The notes beneath the pieces are model-generated. The model saw only the letters and a program-made list of their open reading frames with translations. It did not search any database and was not told the DNA's origin. Positions 1-13,382 of a stretch of DNA of 64,000 nucleotides are shown piece after piece. The translations under genes and the position numbers were made by a program. The stretch's first letter is position 1, and the number at the start of each line of letters is the position of its first letter. Where the stretch lies: positions 62,001 to 126,000 of the forward strand of contig JABLTG010000021.1 of the NCBI GenBank assembly GCA_016618085.1. The letters are read 5' to 3'. Source of the stretch: Neovahlkampfia damariscottae. Taxonomy: Eukaryota.

Positions 1-3
1 TCA

Positions 4-1029
4 TTGGGTTTTAATCAAATCAAAAACCTTCCAGAAGAGTTTTTTAACTATTGTCCACATCTTACAGAATTAGATGTTTGTTGGAATAACTTGGAAAATC
101 TTCCAAAATCACTGGACTTATTGGTCAAATTGCAATATCTTCACTTGGGTGGAAATAAGTTAAAAGATGACGCAATTGAGTCATTTTCTAAAATTGAACA
201 TCATTTAAAGCAATTAATATTATCAGACAATGAATTTAAAGAGATCCCAAAATATGAAGAAAGATATGCAAAATTGAGAGAATGTATTCAAAATCAAGAT
301 TCAGATAAAAAAGTTGGTGAAGCTGAAATGATTGGAAAACGATCATCATCAGAAGACTCAATGGTTATTGAAGAAAATTTTGATGATAATAGTTCTTTAT
401 TTGCTGTATTTGATGGTCATGGTGGATCAATGGCTTCTAAACTTTGTGCACAAAGATTGAGACTTTTAACAAAAGATAATTTATCAAAATCAAAAGATGA
501 ATCATTTGAAGAAGTATTTTCAATTTTAGAAAAAGAAGTCTGTGATAAATGTCCAAAATCTGAAGGAACTACAGCTACAGTTGTTTACATCAAAGACAAT
601 GAATTGACATGTTCAAACGTTGGAGATTCAAGATCCATTATTTGTTCAAAAGAAAAATCAAAACAGATTTCAATTGAACATAAACCAACATTCAGAAATG
701 AACATCAAAGAATCCGAAAAATTGATGGATATGTCACAAAAGATTCTCGTGTGGAAGGTATAATTGCAGTCAGTCGATCATTGGGTGATTTGACTTTAAA
801 AAAATATCTTTCAAGCATTCCAGACATCTTAACAACTAAAATTGAACAGGAAGATGAATATATTATCATATGTTGTGATGGTGTTTGGGATGTTTTGAAT
901 AATGAAGAAGTAAGAGAAATTGTAAATCCAAAATATGATTGCAATCAAAATGCAAGAAGATTAAGAGATTGTGCATTTGCTTTAGGATCAACTGATAATA
1001 TATCATCTATTGTAATAAAATTAAAATAA
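4..1029 (+). CDS. LRR + PP2C protein phosphatase (PHLPP-like architecture), 5' part outside the window
   Basis: LRR repeats followed by PP2C motifs FAVFDGHGG, NVGDSR, SRSLGD, CDGVWDV, GSTDNIS. Confidence 0.9.
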   Translation: MGFNQIKNLPEEFFNYCPHLTELDVCWNNLENLPKSLDLLVKLQYLHLGGNKLKDDAIESFSKIEHHLKQLILSDNEFKEIPKYEERYAKLRECIQNQDSDKKVGEAEMIGKRSSSEDSMVIEENFDDNSSLFAVFDGHGGSMASKLCAQRLRLLTKDNLSKSKDESFEEVFSILEKEVCDKCPKSEGTTATVVYIKDNELTCSNVGDSRSIICSKEKSKQISIEHKPTFRNEHQRIRKIDGYVTKDSRVEGIIAVSRSLGDLTLKKYLSSIPDILTTKIEQEDEYIIICCDGVWDVLNNEEVREIVNPKYDCNQNARRLRDCAFALGSTDNISSIVIKLK

Positions 1030-1030
1030 T

Positions 1031-2866
1031 TTATTCTTCAAAATATGAATTTCCAATAAATTCACGTAACAATGAATCAGATGGAACAAATTCATCTGGT
1101 ATTTCTTCAAAATCATCAAGAAATTGAATCAAGTATCTGGCATCTTGATAACATTTTTCATCAACTTTTACTGTTTTCAATAATGGAATTAAGTAAACTT
1201 TCAAAACAGAAAATTCATAATCTAAACTGGAATTGAAAATAAAATTTGCTTCATCCCTTAAAAATATCAGTTTAGAATAAAATTTGAATTTGAATACATG
1301 TATGGAAAGATATATTTATGTTCACTTCTTCTTACACTTTTCCATTGAGTGAAAGTTTGTTGTGGTGATGAACCACGATATTTGAAATCTCTTACTAATC
1401 TTCTGCATAATCTATTGGTGGAATTTGAAACAAATCTTTTTTCATCAATATTTAATTGACTGAATGCAGATGCAAATATCTTGTATTTATTATCAGAATC
1501 TATTTTAGCTGTTAATTTTTCATTTAAACAATGAATTCCTTCCATAACAATCATTGAATCTTTTGATTGTAATTTCATTTCTCTAAATTGAAGTTCTCTA
1601 GGTTTACCTTCTTTAAAATCATAAATAGGTGCTTTTACAGTTTTTCCTTCCATTAATTCTCCTAAATGTTGATTTAACAAATCAATTCTTATTGATGAAA
1701 TATCATCAAAATCTAAACTTCCATCATCATTAAATTTCATTTCAGAATGTGGTCTAAATATTTAGAAATTTGAAAAAAAAATACTTAAAATAATCATCTA
1801 CAGATAACATTAATGGTTTCATTCCCCTTGTTTCTAATTGATTGCATAAAGTTGTAGCGAATGTAGTTTTACCACTTGCTGATGGTCCAGCAATTAAAAT
1901 TAATCTAAAATTTGAATTTTTTTGATAATTTGACATATAATCAGTTGCAATTTCACTAATTTTTTGCAAATGTTTTGCATGACATAGTGTGATAAAGTGC
2001 TTTATTTTTTTTCCACTATTTTCATGAATAGCATTGTTCAATTTTCCTGCACAATCTAAGTCTAACTTTTCACCCCATTCATCTTTAATTGTTTAAATAA
2101 GTTTGTTTTCAATTTTACTGGATTCTCTATAAAGGGGTATTAATGATTGGTTAAAATAATCAATATTATGTAAGTCTAATTTCTTTGGATATGTGAATAA
2201 AATACCATGATCATGAGGTGTAATTTGATAATCTATAGGTAAAATACCAGTTGAATATACTAATGGTGTACAAAATAATTGATAATAATCATTACAAGAA
2301 TTAACATGAACTTCTGAATCATTTTTTGATTTTATCAATTCACAAGCATAGTTCTGGTGTTTTTGATTACCAAAGTATTCAATTGCATCTTGAAAAATAA
2401 TATGTTCTTCGTGAATTACTAAATCTTGAGATATCAAAGAATCCATTTTTTCTTTTAATCCATCTGTGAATTGTTGTGAAAATTTTTTATCAAAATTTGA
2501 AATTTCTAAAAAGTATCCTTGTCCTAATTGATGTTCAGCTGTCAATGTATGCTTTTTTGAATCGAATTCTTGGTCCACTACCATTCCAAAAAGAAACATA
2601 TATGATGCAAGGTAAATAAATGTAGCAGCATCATCATTTTCAAGCGTTATAGGTTTTATTTCCGCTTTTGAAACAAATAATGAGTGATGAAGTGAAAATA
2701 AATTTTTGTTCACTAAAAAACCAACTACATTCATATCTTTGAATTCTGAATCATCCAATAGAGTTACTAATGAAGTATGTTTTGGATAGTTTACAACTTT
2801 TCCACTTGGAAATTTAACTGCTGTTTCTTTACAAATTTTTGTCGTTTCTTTGATTAGTTTGTTCAT
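1031..2866 (-). CDS. Bacterial-type nucleoside/uridine kinase with ThrRS-N-like N-terminal region, 4 exons
   Basis: ORFs 2093-2911, 1754-2041, 1267-1740 and a final exon join through three GT-AG mini-introns; P-loop IAGPSASGKTT, SVDDYF, EGIHCLN, RRLVRD; first ATG at 2866. Confidence 0.8.
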
Positions 2867-2946
2867 TGGTTGAAAAAATCTCCATTTTTGGATAAATATA
2901 CAGACTTCCAATGGACAACATGATATTTCATGAATTTGAAATGTTT

Positions 2947-5900
2947 TTATTTATCAAAATCCAAAATTGGTACTTTTCGTTTTGAATCATCAAAACTAAC
3001 TTCTTTCACTTCTTCTTCAATAATAACTTTTGGAGATTCAGCCTTTGATTTTATGGATGAACTCTTTTTTGATAAATTTGAAATTGAAAATCGAAATGAT
3101 TTCCTTGGACTAATTTTACCATCAGAACCATCATCTTTTCTGTACCTCTGTGACTCTGGTGGACTTGTTTTTGAATACAAATTAAATTTCGAAGATAATC
3201 TCGCATTTACTTTTTGTTGTGATAATCTTCTTGATGATTCTTTTCTTAATAAACTTGAAGAAGGAGTTGTATTTTCTGATTTAGATATTGATTTATTTTC
3301 ACCATAAAATTTACTTTCTCTATATTTATTTTGATAATTTCCAAGTTTTTTTTCAATTGCTAAAACACAATCATCAAATAATTCCATTGGACATTCAGAT
3401 AATTCAAACAATGATTTCTCAATATTTAAAATATATTTCTTTTCCAAATCAATTTTACAAAAAGGTGAATTTAAATTCAAAAATTCATCAAAAATATCAC
3501 AACCTAATTTCAAACGATCCTTCTCTGAAAAGACATATTTGTATTTAATTTCTATAACCTCCCAAAATAATAAATCAGTTAATAAATTTTCTTCTTGACA
3601 AAATTCTTTAAAATTTTCTCTTTCTGATTCATTTTCTAATAAAATTCTAAATTCAGATTTCAAAAAAGAAACATATCTTGATTTATCAAATTTGATTAAT
3701 TCATCAATATAAAGATTTGATATTTCAATATCATTAAGATGTTTTAAATAAACCATTGAATTTCTCATTGAAATACCTTTTGAAATCATTATAAATGCAA
3801 TAATGAAAATTAAAGAAAATTGTTTTCCACCATCTGAACAAAATAATGTATCACCTGAATTTTGTTGAACAAAATCTTTAACTTGAATAAAATAATCTTG
3901 AAAATCAATACTTTTTCCAATAGCCTCAAAAACATTGATTATTTTATGATTCAAACTTTTTGGATGTTGAATTCTAATATTATAATTTGAATCTTCAATT
4001 AACCAAAGAATATTTGAAATTTCATTTTTTTTTATAATCGTTAAATTATTTGCAATTCCAATTGAACCAATCCAAACTGAATCAAGTATTTTAATTGGAT
4101 GTTCAAAGAAATTTAAAAAATTAATTTTATGAAATGAAATCCAATTTAAAATGTCATTTGGTAAATTATCTAAATTTGAATTATTAATCATTGAAAGATT
4201 ATCTAAATTTGTTAATTTTACAATTGAATTTGGTAATCTTTGTATTTCATTATCATTCAAATTTAAGTTTCTTAATCTTTTCAATTTTGATATTTTATTA
4301 TCTAAATTTGTTAATAAATTTCCATGAAAATCTAAATCTTTTAGAATAACACATTCAAATATTCCTTTGTTTATTGAAGTAAATCGATTTTCTGATAAAT
4401 TTAAAATCTTTAAATTTTTTAATTTTTGAAATCCTTTTGGTAAATTTGTTAAATAATTATTTGATAAATTTAAATAATTCAAATCTTTCATTGTATCTAA
4501 TTTTGTAATTTCATTTAAATTATTATAATTTAATTGTAATTCAATCAATTGATTCAAATTTTCAAAATCTTTTGGTAATTTTTGAATTTTGTTAAAAGAT
4601 AAATTTAAATATTTCAATTTTATTAATTGTGAGAAATTTGAATGTATTGATTTTATTTGATTTTTTGATAAATTTAAAAAAGTTAAATTGTCAAATTCAT
4701 CAATTGCTTCTGTTATAATTTCAATTTCATTTCCAAATAAATCTATTTTTTCAATTGAATTTGAACCAATATATGTTGGAACATCTGTAATTTTATTTTC
4801 TCTTGCAGAAACATATTTCAAAGAATTTGCATTATTTTCAAGAAATTGTGAAATATCTTTGAATTTACAATTGTCTAATATCAAATTTTCAATTCCATCA
4901 ATGATCACTGGTGGTATTGAAGAAATTGAATTTTTTGATAAATTTAATTCAATTAATTTCAAATACATTAAACTTTTTGGAAATTTTATAATACTACAAT
5001 TTGATATATTCAAATAACGTAATTGTTTTAAATCAGATATTTTTGTTGGAACATCTCCAATTTCATTGGATGATAAATTCAATGATTCAATAGACTCTAA
5101 TTCAAATAATACATAAGGAAATTGTTGAATTCCATTTGATGATAAATTTAATTTCTTCAAAACTTTTGAAATATTGTTTGAACTTTTTTTTGATAAAAAT
5201 GATTTTGAATGTTCATCTTTACTTATTTTTGATTGTAAATCTGAAATAGTTGATGATAATGAATCTCTAATTGAATCTCTTGTTTGAAAGAAAGATGTTC
5301 CCGATTTCATTTTCTTTTCACTTTGATTTCCGGATCTAGGTGATATCAGTGCTGTTAAATCCATTGATTTTCTAACTTCAGGTGATTCAAAATTGATTTT
5401 ATTGAATGAAAGATCAACTTCTTCTAAACTTTTTGATGAGTTTAATTCAGTTGGCCATTTCTTAAATTCATTTCTTGAAAGTGATATTTTTTTCAATTTT
5501 GTTAATTTAAACAGTTTATTTGGTGCGGATTGAAGTTGATTTTCACTTAAATCAACTTCAATTAAATTTGTTAATGATTCTAAATTTCCAGGTGGTTCTT
5601 TTAATCCATTATTTCTCAGTGATAAAATAGTCAACTTTGATAAATTATTTGAAGGAATAGAAGTTAAATTATGACCATATAAAATGATAGAATTCAACCA
5701 AACATTATTTTTAAACAACTTTAAAAATTAAAATAATTGAATTATAATATTACATTTTGTAAATTTTTTTTTCCAAATTTGACTCTTTCATTTTCCCTCA
5801 ACGTCAAATTTAAATCAATTTTTTGTGTTGAATCATTTGATTTTAATACATCTTGTGAACTAAAATCAGATTTCAAAATTGAACAAATTTCAAATTTATC

Positions 5901-6901
5901 AGATTTCAAAGCAACATCAAAAGCAGTTTGTTTATAATTATCTAATATTTCTATATCAATTCCACATTCAATTAACATTTTCATTGATTTCAATTTATCA
6001 AAAATAGAACAATAATGAAGAGCTGTTTTACCATCAATATCTTTTGAATTGATTAAATTCAAATATTCTTCTTTATCTAAAAATGTTTTCAAAAATGGTA
6101 TGACTTCCATGTGATCTGAAAATACAGCTTTATGAATAATTGTTTGATTCTTCTCTTCTATAGCTTTTGGATCGGCTTTTTTATTCAAAAGATATTGAAC
6201 CATTTGTAAATGAGAACAAGAATAAATTGAGTCTTGTGTTCTTGATTTGTTTAATGATTTTAATAAAGGTGTTTGGCCTGAGCTATCTTTTGCATTTATT
6301 CTAACACCTTCTTTTTTTAAAATCCAATTTACAGCACTGATATTTCCTTGAGAGCTTGCTATATGAAGGCATGTTTCTCCATTGGACCTTTTGAAATTGA
6401 TATCTGTTTTGTACAACATTAGTAATTGAGCAATTTTAAAATTTGGTGAAGATTTCTCAAAACATAAGTGAATCGCTGCGTGACCATCATTATCTCGAAG
6501 ATTGACTGAAAGAAAATTAAAAAAAAAAAAGTGTCACACTGTTGGCTCCATATTTTAATAAAACCTCTGATGACTCAATGTGACCTAATGAACATGCAAA
6601 GTGTAATGGCGTTTGATGATTTTTATTCAAAGAATCTACGTTGGAACCTTTTGAGTTTTTAATTTTAAAAATTAGAATTACCTGATTCTATTAGTATCTG
6701 AAGTATTTCATAATTATTAGAGCTGGCGGCAAAATGAACTAAAGAATTTTCCGTTGATGGATCTTTCATTTGACAAAGTTTTTCCAAGTCAGCTTCATTT
6801 TTCTTCATGTATTCATGAAGTTCTTCAGAATCATAGACATCATCTATAACTCTTTGAATTTCAGTGAAAAACTTCAAAAGTTTTTCATCTACTCCGACCA
6901 T
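2947..6901 (-). CDS. Ankyrin repeats + LRR + degenerate dual-specificity phosphatase + RGS domain protein
   Basis: ORFs 6665-6901, 5742-6419 and 2947-5718 splice in frame through GT-AG introns near 6649-6680, 6504-6539 and 5719-5753; ANK (GKTALH), many LRRs, DSP-like segment, RGS-like segment (FKEFCQEE..LLFW). Confidence 0.8.
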
Positions 6902-7088
6902 AACGACAAACAGTGATCCAATGAAATTGACTAGACAAATTTAGGAAAATTAAACTTCCGTTTTGAGTGAAAAGGGAAAGACTCGAGGTTTAAATATTTT
7001 CTGTATGAAATTTAAATTCAGCAGTTAAAATATTCTGACAAAGGTTCGGAGTTTTACATTTTTTATCCAATAGTTAATCTCTCACGAA

Positions 7089-7792
7089 ATGCTCCGAAAA
7101 TGCTTCAATAAACTCTCAAAACAAAAACTGAAATGTTTTTCAACAAAAGAAAATAATGATAAAACCTTGTTAGAACTTGAAAATAATTTTAAAAACATCT
7201 TAAAATTGATCGGAGAAGATCCAAATAGAGAAGGACTTTTAAAAACACCAAAGAGAGCAGCAGAAGCATTATTATTCTTCACAAAAGGATATAAACAATC
7301 AACAGATGAATTAATAAACAATGCAATTTTTCAAGAAAACCATGATGAAATGGTTATCGTAAAAAACATTGAAATTTATTCAATGTGTGAACATCATTTA
7401 GTACCATTTTATGGAAAGTGTCATATTGGATATATACCAGATGGTAAAGTAATAGGACTGTCAAAATTAGCAAGAATTGCTGAACTGTACTATTTTTAAT
7501 TTTTTGAATTTTTTCTTTTCAGGTTCGCAAGAAGACTTCAAGTTCAAGAAAGATTAACAAGACAAATTACTGAAGCAATTGATGAAAATTTAAATCCAAA
7601 AGGTGTTGCTTGTGTCATTGAAGCTCAACATATGTGTATGATTTCAAGAGGAGTTCAAAAACCAGGAACATCAACAATGTAAAAATTGAAAAGAAAAATT
7701 AACATTTTTTTGAAAATAGAACTTCATCAGTTTTAGGTGCTTTTAAAGAAGATCCAAAAACAAGATCTGAATTCTTTTCACATTTAAAATAA
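7089..7792 (+). CDS. GCH1: GTP cyclohydrolase I, 3 exons
   Basis: [27 protein letters not shown]; after splicing [12 protein letters not shown] and [11 protein letters not shown]. Confidence 0.97.
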
Positions 7793-7793
7793 A

Positions 7794-8530
7794 TTATTTA
7801 ATGAATGGAATTCCTATAGGAACACTTTTTGCGTAATCATGATACTTTTCACCAAATTGTTCAACAAGAGTAGATTCTTCATATTCTATCCTCATTCTAA
7901 AAAAGTACCAACTTGCGTATGACCATGTACAAATTGAAATTGGGTTCATCAAAGTGATTTGAATGGCAATACACCACCAGAACCAACCGAAATAACTTGG
8001 ATGTCTTAAATATCCATAAATTCCATGTGTAACTAATTCATGATCTTTTCTTGCACTACTTTCAATTTGATGATTGAAGTTAGAAGCAGCAGTATACCTT
8101 GAAAAAAATTTATTTTTTTTTTTGAAAATTCTTACATAGAAAGTGTTCTAATTGATTGTCCGATAAACATTATTAAAATACCAAAATATACAACAGGTTT
8201 CCATGCCTTCATTTGTGGAAAGAAATAAAGTTCAATGAAATATTCACCAAAACCTGTCACAAATGCATAAAAATATTCTTTTGAGTGGTTAAAAAGAAAC
8301 GAATGATATGTTAACTCTTGATGTCGAAATATTGCTACAAAAGTATATTCCCAAAAATGAAAGAATGAAACAAATGCTATTACAATTCCAAAGTCAAACA
8401 TTTTTGAAAAGAAAAATAACATTAAACCAGCACCAAAAACTATACCATTTGCATATGATAATAATACAGCTATACCGTTTCCTGTTTCTTTAGTATAAGC
8501 AGGTGAGTTATGAACAAAGTTGTTGAACAT
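7794..8530 (-). CDS. ICMT: Isoprenylcysteine carboxyl methyltransferase (STE14), 2 exons
   Basis: FFHFWEY, FNHQI, HELVTHGIYGYLRHPSYFGWFWW, RIEYEE, GIPFI. Confidence 0.93.
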
Positions 8531-8617
8531 TTGTTGATTGGATGAAGTACTTTTTCGTCCAATCAGTTTTTTTTTATAACATGGAGTTTTTGGTTGGAAA
8601 ACGAAAATTTTAAAAAA

Positions 8618-9054
8618 TGAAAATTACGAATCAACGAGTACAAGGAATCAAAAAACAAAAAAGAGATCAAATGAATCAATTAAATCTTGAACTAAAAACA
8701 GGAGCTAGTAATTTTAGGGAAACTCTTAAAGAAACGGACAAAAAAAACGAAGAAACAACAAGAGTCATTTTCGTAAATTTTCTAACGAAATAGGAATCAT
8801 ATGAACGTCTTAGTATCTTAAAGGAATATATTGAAGAAAACTACGAACTACAATCAAAAAAAGTTCAAAAAAATTTTGCTTCCATTGAAGAAAATCTTAA
8901 AACTATGGAAGAAGAAATGGCTCAACCAAGAGCTGAACAAGAATTCATGTACAATAATATTCAAAAGAAATTCTTTAATCAAATTAAATCAGTTCATGAT
9001 TCATATTCCGAATATGTAATCAATCGTAATAGTCCAAATAAAAATAAATTTTAA
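8618..9054 (+). CDS. Small coiled-coil protein; start and exon structure uncertain
   Basis: An open E/K-rich frame is obtained after removing one or two putative mini-introns; its stop overlaps the opposing gene's stop at 9051-9054. Confidence 0.35.
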
Positions 9055-10004
9055 TGATTCTCTTTATGAAACAATATATATTCATTTTTAGCAACTGTGC
9101 ATAATTTACCTAAAATTCCTTTTGATACAAGAATAACTTTTTTTTCTTGTTGGTCTAAAACCATTGTAAAGGTTTTAGTACAATCTTCTTTTTTTCCGCA
9201 TTGTAATTGACTTTTTTTACATTCAAGTAAATAATTTCTATTATCAAAACTATCAATCTTTTTGACAGTTCCGCAATACTCAACTTGACGAAATGTAAAT
9301 TCATTAGGAACTGCCCATTTAACTCGAATATAAAATGATGTGTCATTTAATTCTAAAAACAATGATGGTCTTAAACTATTTTCATCGTCTTAAATGTCAG
9401 TAAAATGATATCCAATTGTTTTCTTACGATGAATGTATATTCCTGAAAGTATTTCTGAATTTTCTGAATATTTTGGTAAACAATCAGGGAAATCTATTAA
9501 TCTTTCACTGTACCATTCATGACAAGTTGGTTTCCAACTCTCCAAAATTTTGTTTTCTTCCCAATCAATGATTGACAATGAAATATGTTTCACTGAAAAA
9601 GTAAAAAAAAAAAAATTCTCCGAACTATTATTTGACTCTAGATAGATCCAACTAGTACAGTTTTCGCATGAATAAAATTTTGTTTTGGCACTATGATACA
9701 TTTTTAAGTTTTCTTCACCTATTATTGTCAAATCATGAGTATGGATAGTAGCGATGAGATTAACACAACAACCAGTGGCTATTTAGAAACTATTTAATCA
9801 TTTATGATTATGTTTACCTTTTCTACATCTTTTACAATGACAATAATAAGAGGAAAGTGGTTTTTTTGAAATGACACTGATTTGCACAGCTCCACATGAG
9901 CATTTGCCACCTATGGTTTCTGTTCTTTTCTTTTTGAATTGTGGTGCTTCTTTGTTGTATCCTTCGATGCACAGAGAGGACGAGGACAAACACTTTCTAA
10001 TCAT
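9051..10004 (-). CDS. GFA/CENP-V-type Zn-binding domain protein with unknown C-terminal extension
   Basis: GKCSCGAV, CHCKRCRK, CENC, PTCHEWY...DCLPKY; three ORFs joined by GT-AG introns. Confidence 0.75.
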
Positions 10005-10180
10005 GGGTGTTTTTGTCTGTTGTGGAATGGACCAATCATTTTGTAATTTATTTTGATTGGATTCTTCAAAATTGCTCAATCTAGAAGTTTGTAGATTTTG
10101 TTATTCCATGAATTAAAAAAGTTGAAGAAAATAAATTTTTGAATTGGCGGAATTTAACAACCAATCAAATTATTTTCGAA

Positions 10181-11605
10181 ATGGAATCAAACTTTGGTGA
10201 AACGGATGAACTTTTTAAAAATTTACAAAAGCTAGGTAATACAAAACTAATATAAGCTTATCAAACCTTCACAAGGAATTGGAAATTCTACCAAAAAAAC
10301 TGAAACAAAAAAACCTGCAACTGAAAAAAAACTAGAAGAAGATATTTCTTCAGATGATGATTTAGAAATTGAAGTATTAACAAAAAAGATTGATAACTAA
10401 ATTAAAAGGGTGAAATATCAGAAAAAGACTTGGACTTGAAATCATTGGACGAATTAACAAAAAGAATTGGAAAAGAATTAGGTTCTAAATTTCAATTTCT
10501 AAACATTCTCGAAGGAACAACTGGATTCTTAAGTGATTCATCAGATGATGAAGATGAAGACGAAGATGAAGACGATGCTGAATTTAGAAGACAATTAATG
10601 GAAGAATTTCAAAGAATGAAATCAAATGAATCAGATGTACCAAAAAAAAGATTAAAACAAATTTATCTTCAACTTATGAAATCAGGAAGTAAAGACAAAA
10701 AAAAAAATTAATTTTTTTTTTTTCACACAGATTCCATTTTAAAAGACAAATCAGTGGCTGATCAATTTTTAACAAAATTAAATTCAGAAGAACTTGCAAA
10801 ATTAATGGAAATACTTCAAATGGATTCAGATGAAACCATAAAGTAAAAAAGAAAAAATTTAACATCAAAAATTAGATTCTTTAACAATGATCCTGAAGTG
10901 ATTGAAGTGATTAAATCAACATCTTCATTAATAGGAGGATCTAAAAACTCAAAGTAAACAACAAACTTTTTTTAAAACATATTTCTCCTAACAGAGGTTT
11001 ATGGAATGAATTGAATGATGAATTACTGGAAGAAGATGAAAAAGAATTGAGTTTAGATGAAATTAAAGAAAAACGTGAAAATGCATCATCTGAAGTTAAA
11101 AGAGCTTTAAAATTATTTGAAGAAAATATTCTTCATTATAGTCAAAATCCAAGTTTTTTTTTTGTTTTTTTTTAAATTTTCTTCAAGATGAATTGTTACA
11201 ATTGACTCAACAATTAAATTCAAAAGATGAATCTTTATTTTTAGAGATTATATTTCATCAGTATACACCTGAAAAAATGCAAGAAAAATTAGGAATGAAA
11301 CCAAAAGAAAAGGAAGAAAAATTGTAAAAAAAAAAAAAAATTCATTTTTTGTTTTAAAAGAAAAGTTGAAGATTTGAATGAGATTATGGATGCTGATTTA
11401 GTTTCACATGTTTTTAAAGAAGTTCTATCACATTTCAAAATTTATAAAAAAAATCCTCACAAATTTGACGGTAAGCGATTTGAGTTTTTTTTAAATAGTT
11501 ATTTTGTTAGCTTTGACAAATAGATTAAATGAATTTGAAAAGGCACAATTGGATTCTTTGGTGAAGGCATTTTGGGATGTGAAAACAGAAAATTTAAAAC
11601 TTTGA
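10181..11605 (+). CDS. Multi-exon acidic protein of unknown function
   Basis: ATG at 10181 after CCAAT/ATTGG motifs; chain of short exons with GT-AG mini-introns; poly-D/E tract. Confidence 0.5.
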
Positions 11606-11771
11606 AAATGAGATTTTGAAAGTGAACTTTATAGTTTAAGAAACTGAGAACTTAAAATATATTTCTTTCTTTTTGTTTTTATTTTTTATTTTTGACTCAC
11701 TAAAAATTCCAGTTGGAAGAATTGTTAATCAATATTTAATTCAGATTCTATGGACAAATCAAACAAATAAT

Positions 11772-13227
11772 TTAATGATTTTTGTTTCTTTGTAGTGTTA
11801 TATTGTTTGGTTTTACTTTCAATTTGGTCAATCCCTGAACTGTTTCCCAATTATCTCCTTGGATCAAACCAAATCGAATGTGATCCTTCAAATTGATTGA
11901 TTTGTCACGATTGAAAAGAGCAAGACATAATTCAAATTCATTGACAATCAATTCATTTTTTGAAGTATAATAATTTATGAAATCATCAGAAACTTGTACA
12001 AAATTGTCATCATGTATAATATCTGAAAATGAACGATAAATGAAATCATTAAGCAAAGATTGAAATTGTTTAATATTAGGATTTGAATTATTCTCTTGAA
12101 TTTTATTCCATAAATGATGATAATTTGAAATACAAATACTTTTTGGAAATTGTTCAAATAATTGAATTTTTAAATGATCAAATGATAATTTATCGATAAT
12201 CAAATACAAATCAATGATATCTTCTTCATCAAATGAAATGGTCATCTTTTGTAAATATGAATACACAGTTTCAAAATATTTCAAATCAAATTCGAATTCT
12301 ATTTCATGCAAACTTGCATTTTTCATCAATAAATCATAGAAATATTGACTCAAAGTTGACAATAATAATTTTGATGTTGGGAATTCTTTTTTCTTGTCTC
12401 CATTTTTGATAATCAATTTGAAATCGTTAAAACAAGTTGAAACTTGTGGTGAAATGTTCAATTGATGTTTCAATGCTGATTCACTTGTCAATAAACAAAC
12501 ACCAGCAATTTGATAATAAGGTACTTCCCTTTTTAAAGAAATATCAATACGAAGTAATGAAGTATATATTCTCTCTTTTGTTTCTAATTTAGGGTTGAAT
12601 TTTCTTGTTCCTTCCAGAGACTCTGGATTACTGGCTGTCCAAATTGGTTTCCAATTTTTTTTTCCATACCTTGTGTTTCCCATTTTTGAGTCATATGGGT
12701 GAGCTGAAATTTTGATTATAGCTCCTGGATTCCAATTTTCAAATATTTCAACTCCAGTTATATATCCTGGCTCCGAAAACTAGTTTAGATTTGAGAATAA
12801 AAAAAATTTAACATACTCCAACTTCAATATACTCTTTTGTAAGCAAGCTATGAGTTGGTTGCCATGATGTAAATGATTTTCCACCTTTGATCATTTTTTT
12901 TAGGTCTGGTACTCTATCAATCAAAACAGACGGTTTGTTTGTAGTCATTGCTGTACTATAACCGAAAATACTCGAGACATATTGATGTTTTACACCATCA
13001 AAATCAATAAAAGATAGAGTTTCATTGTTAGATAAAGACTTGTTATTTGTCTTTGTTGTAGTGGTCTTTTGAATCGGTTTTGTTGTTTTGGGTTGTGAAT
13101 CAAATGTCTTTATATCTACTTTTTTCACTGTGTTAATTTTTTCTTCCAATGCTTCCATTTCTTTGTTTACTTTCATGTTTTGCCACATGGCAATTTGTTC
13201 TTTTATGGTCAGTTTTTTTGTTGACAT
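11772..13227 (-). CDS. BTB/POZ(-BACK) protein with N-terminal discoidin-like domain, 2 exons
   Basis: FNDFKLII...SKLLLSTLSQYF BTB signature; BACK-like VNEFELCLAL..IRFGLI; exon junction gives FSEPGYITGVEIFENWNPGAI. Confidence 0.75.
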
Positions 13228-13382
13228 TTTTTTCTTTGAATGTTGACCAATAGAATTGATTTTAAAAATAAATCAAATTTGATGGATTCAGTTCTATATT
13301 TAACATTAGATTTCAAGTCAAATCATGTTTTTTTAGCATTTCAAAAATCCACTTTTGGATCAATCAAAACAAAGAATGAGTT

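Noticed and set aside
2930..5017. Antisense ORFs (2930-3307, 3288-3548, 4688-5017) and many similar short ORFs in the track
   Set aside because: They are shadows of real genes on the opposite strand or frame, with no motifs
10080..10109. ATG at 10109 as start of the GFA gene
   Set aside because: It reads ATG GAA TAA; the ATG at 10004 is preferred
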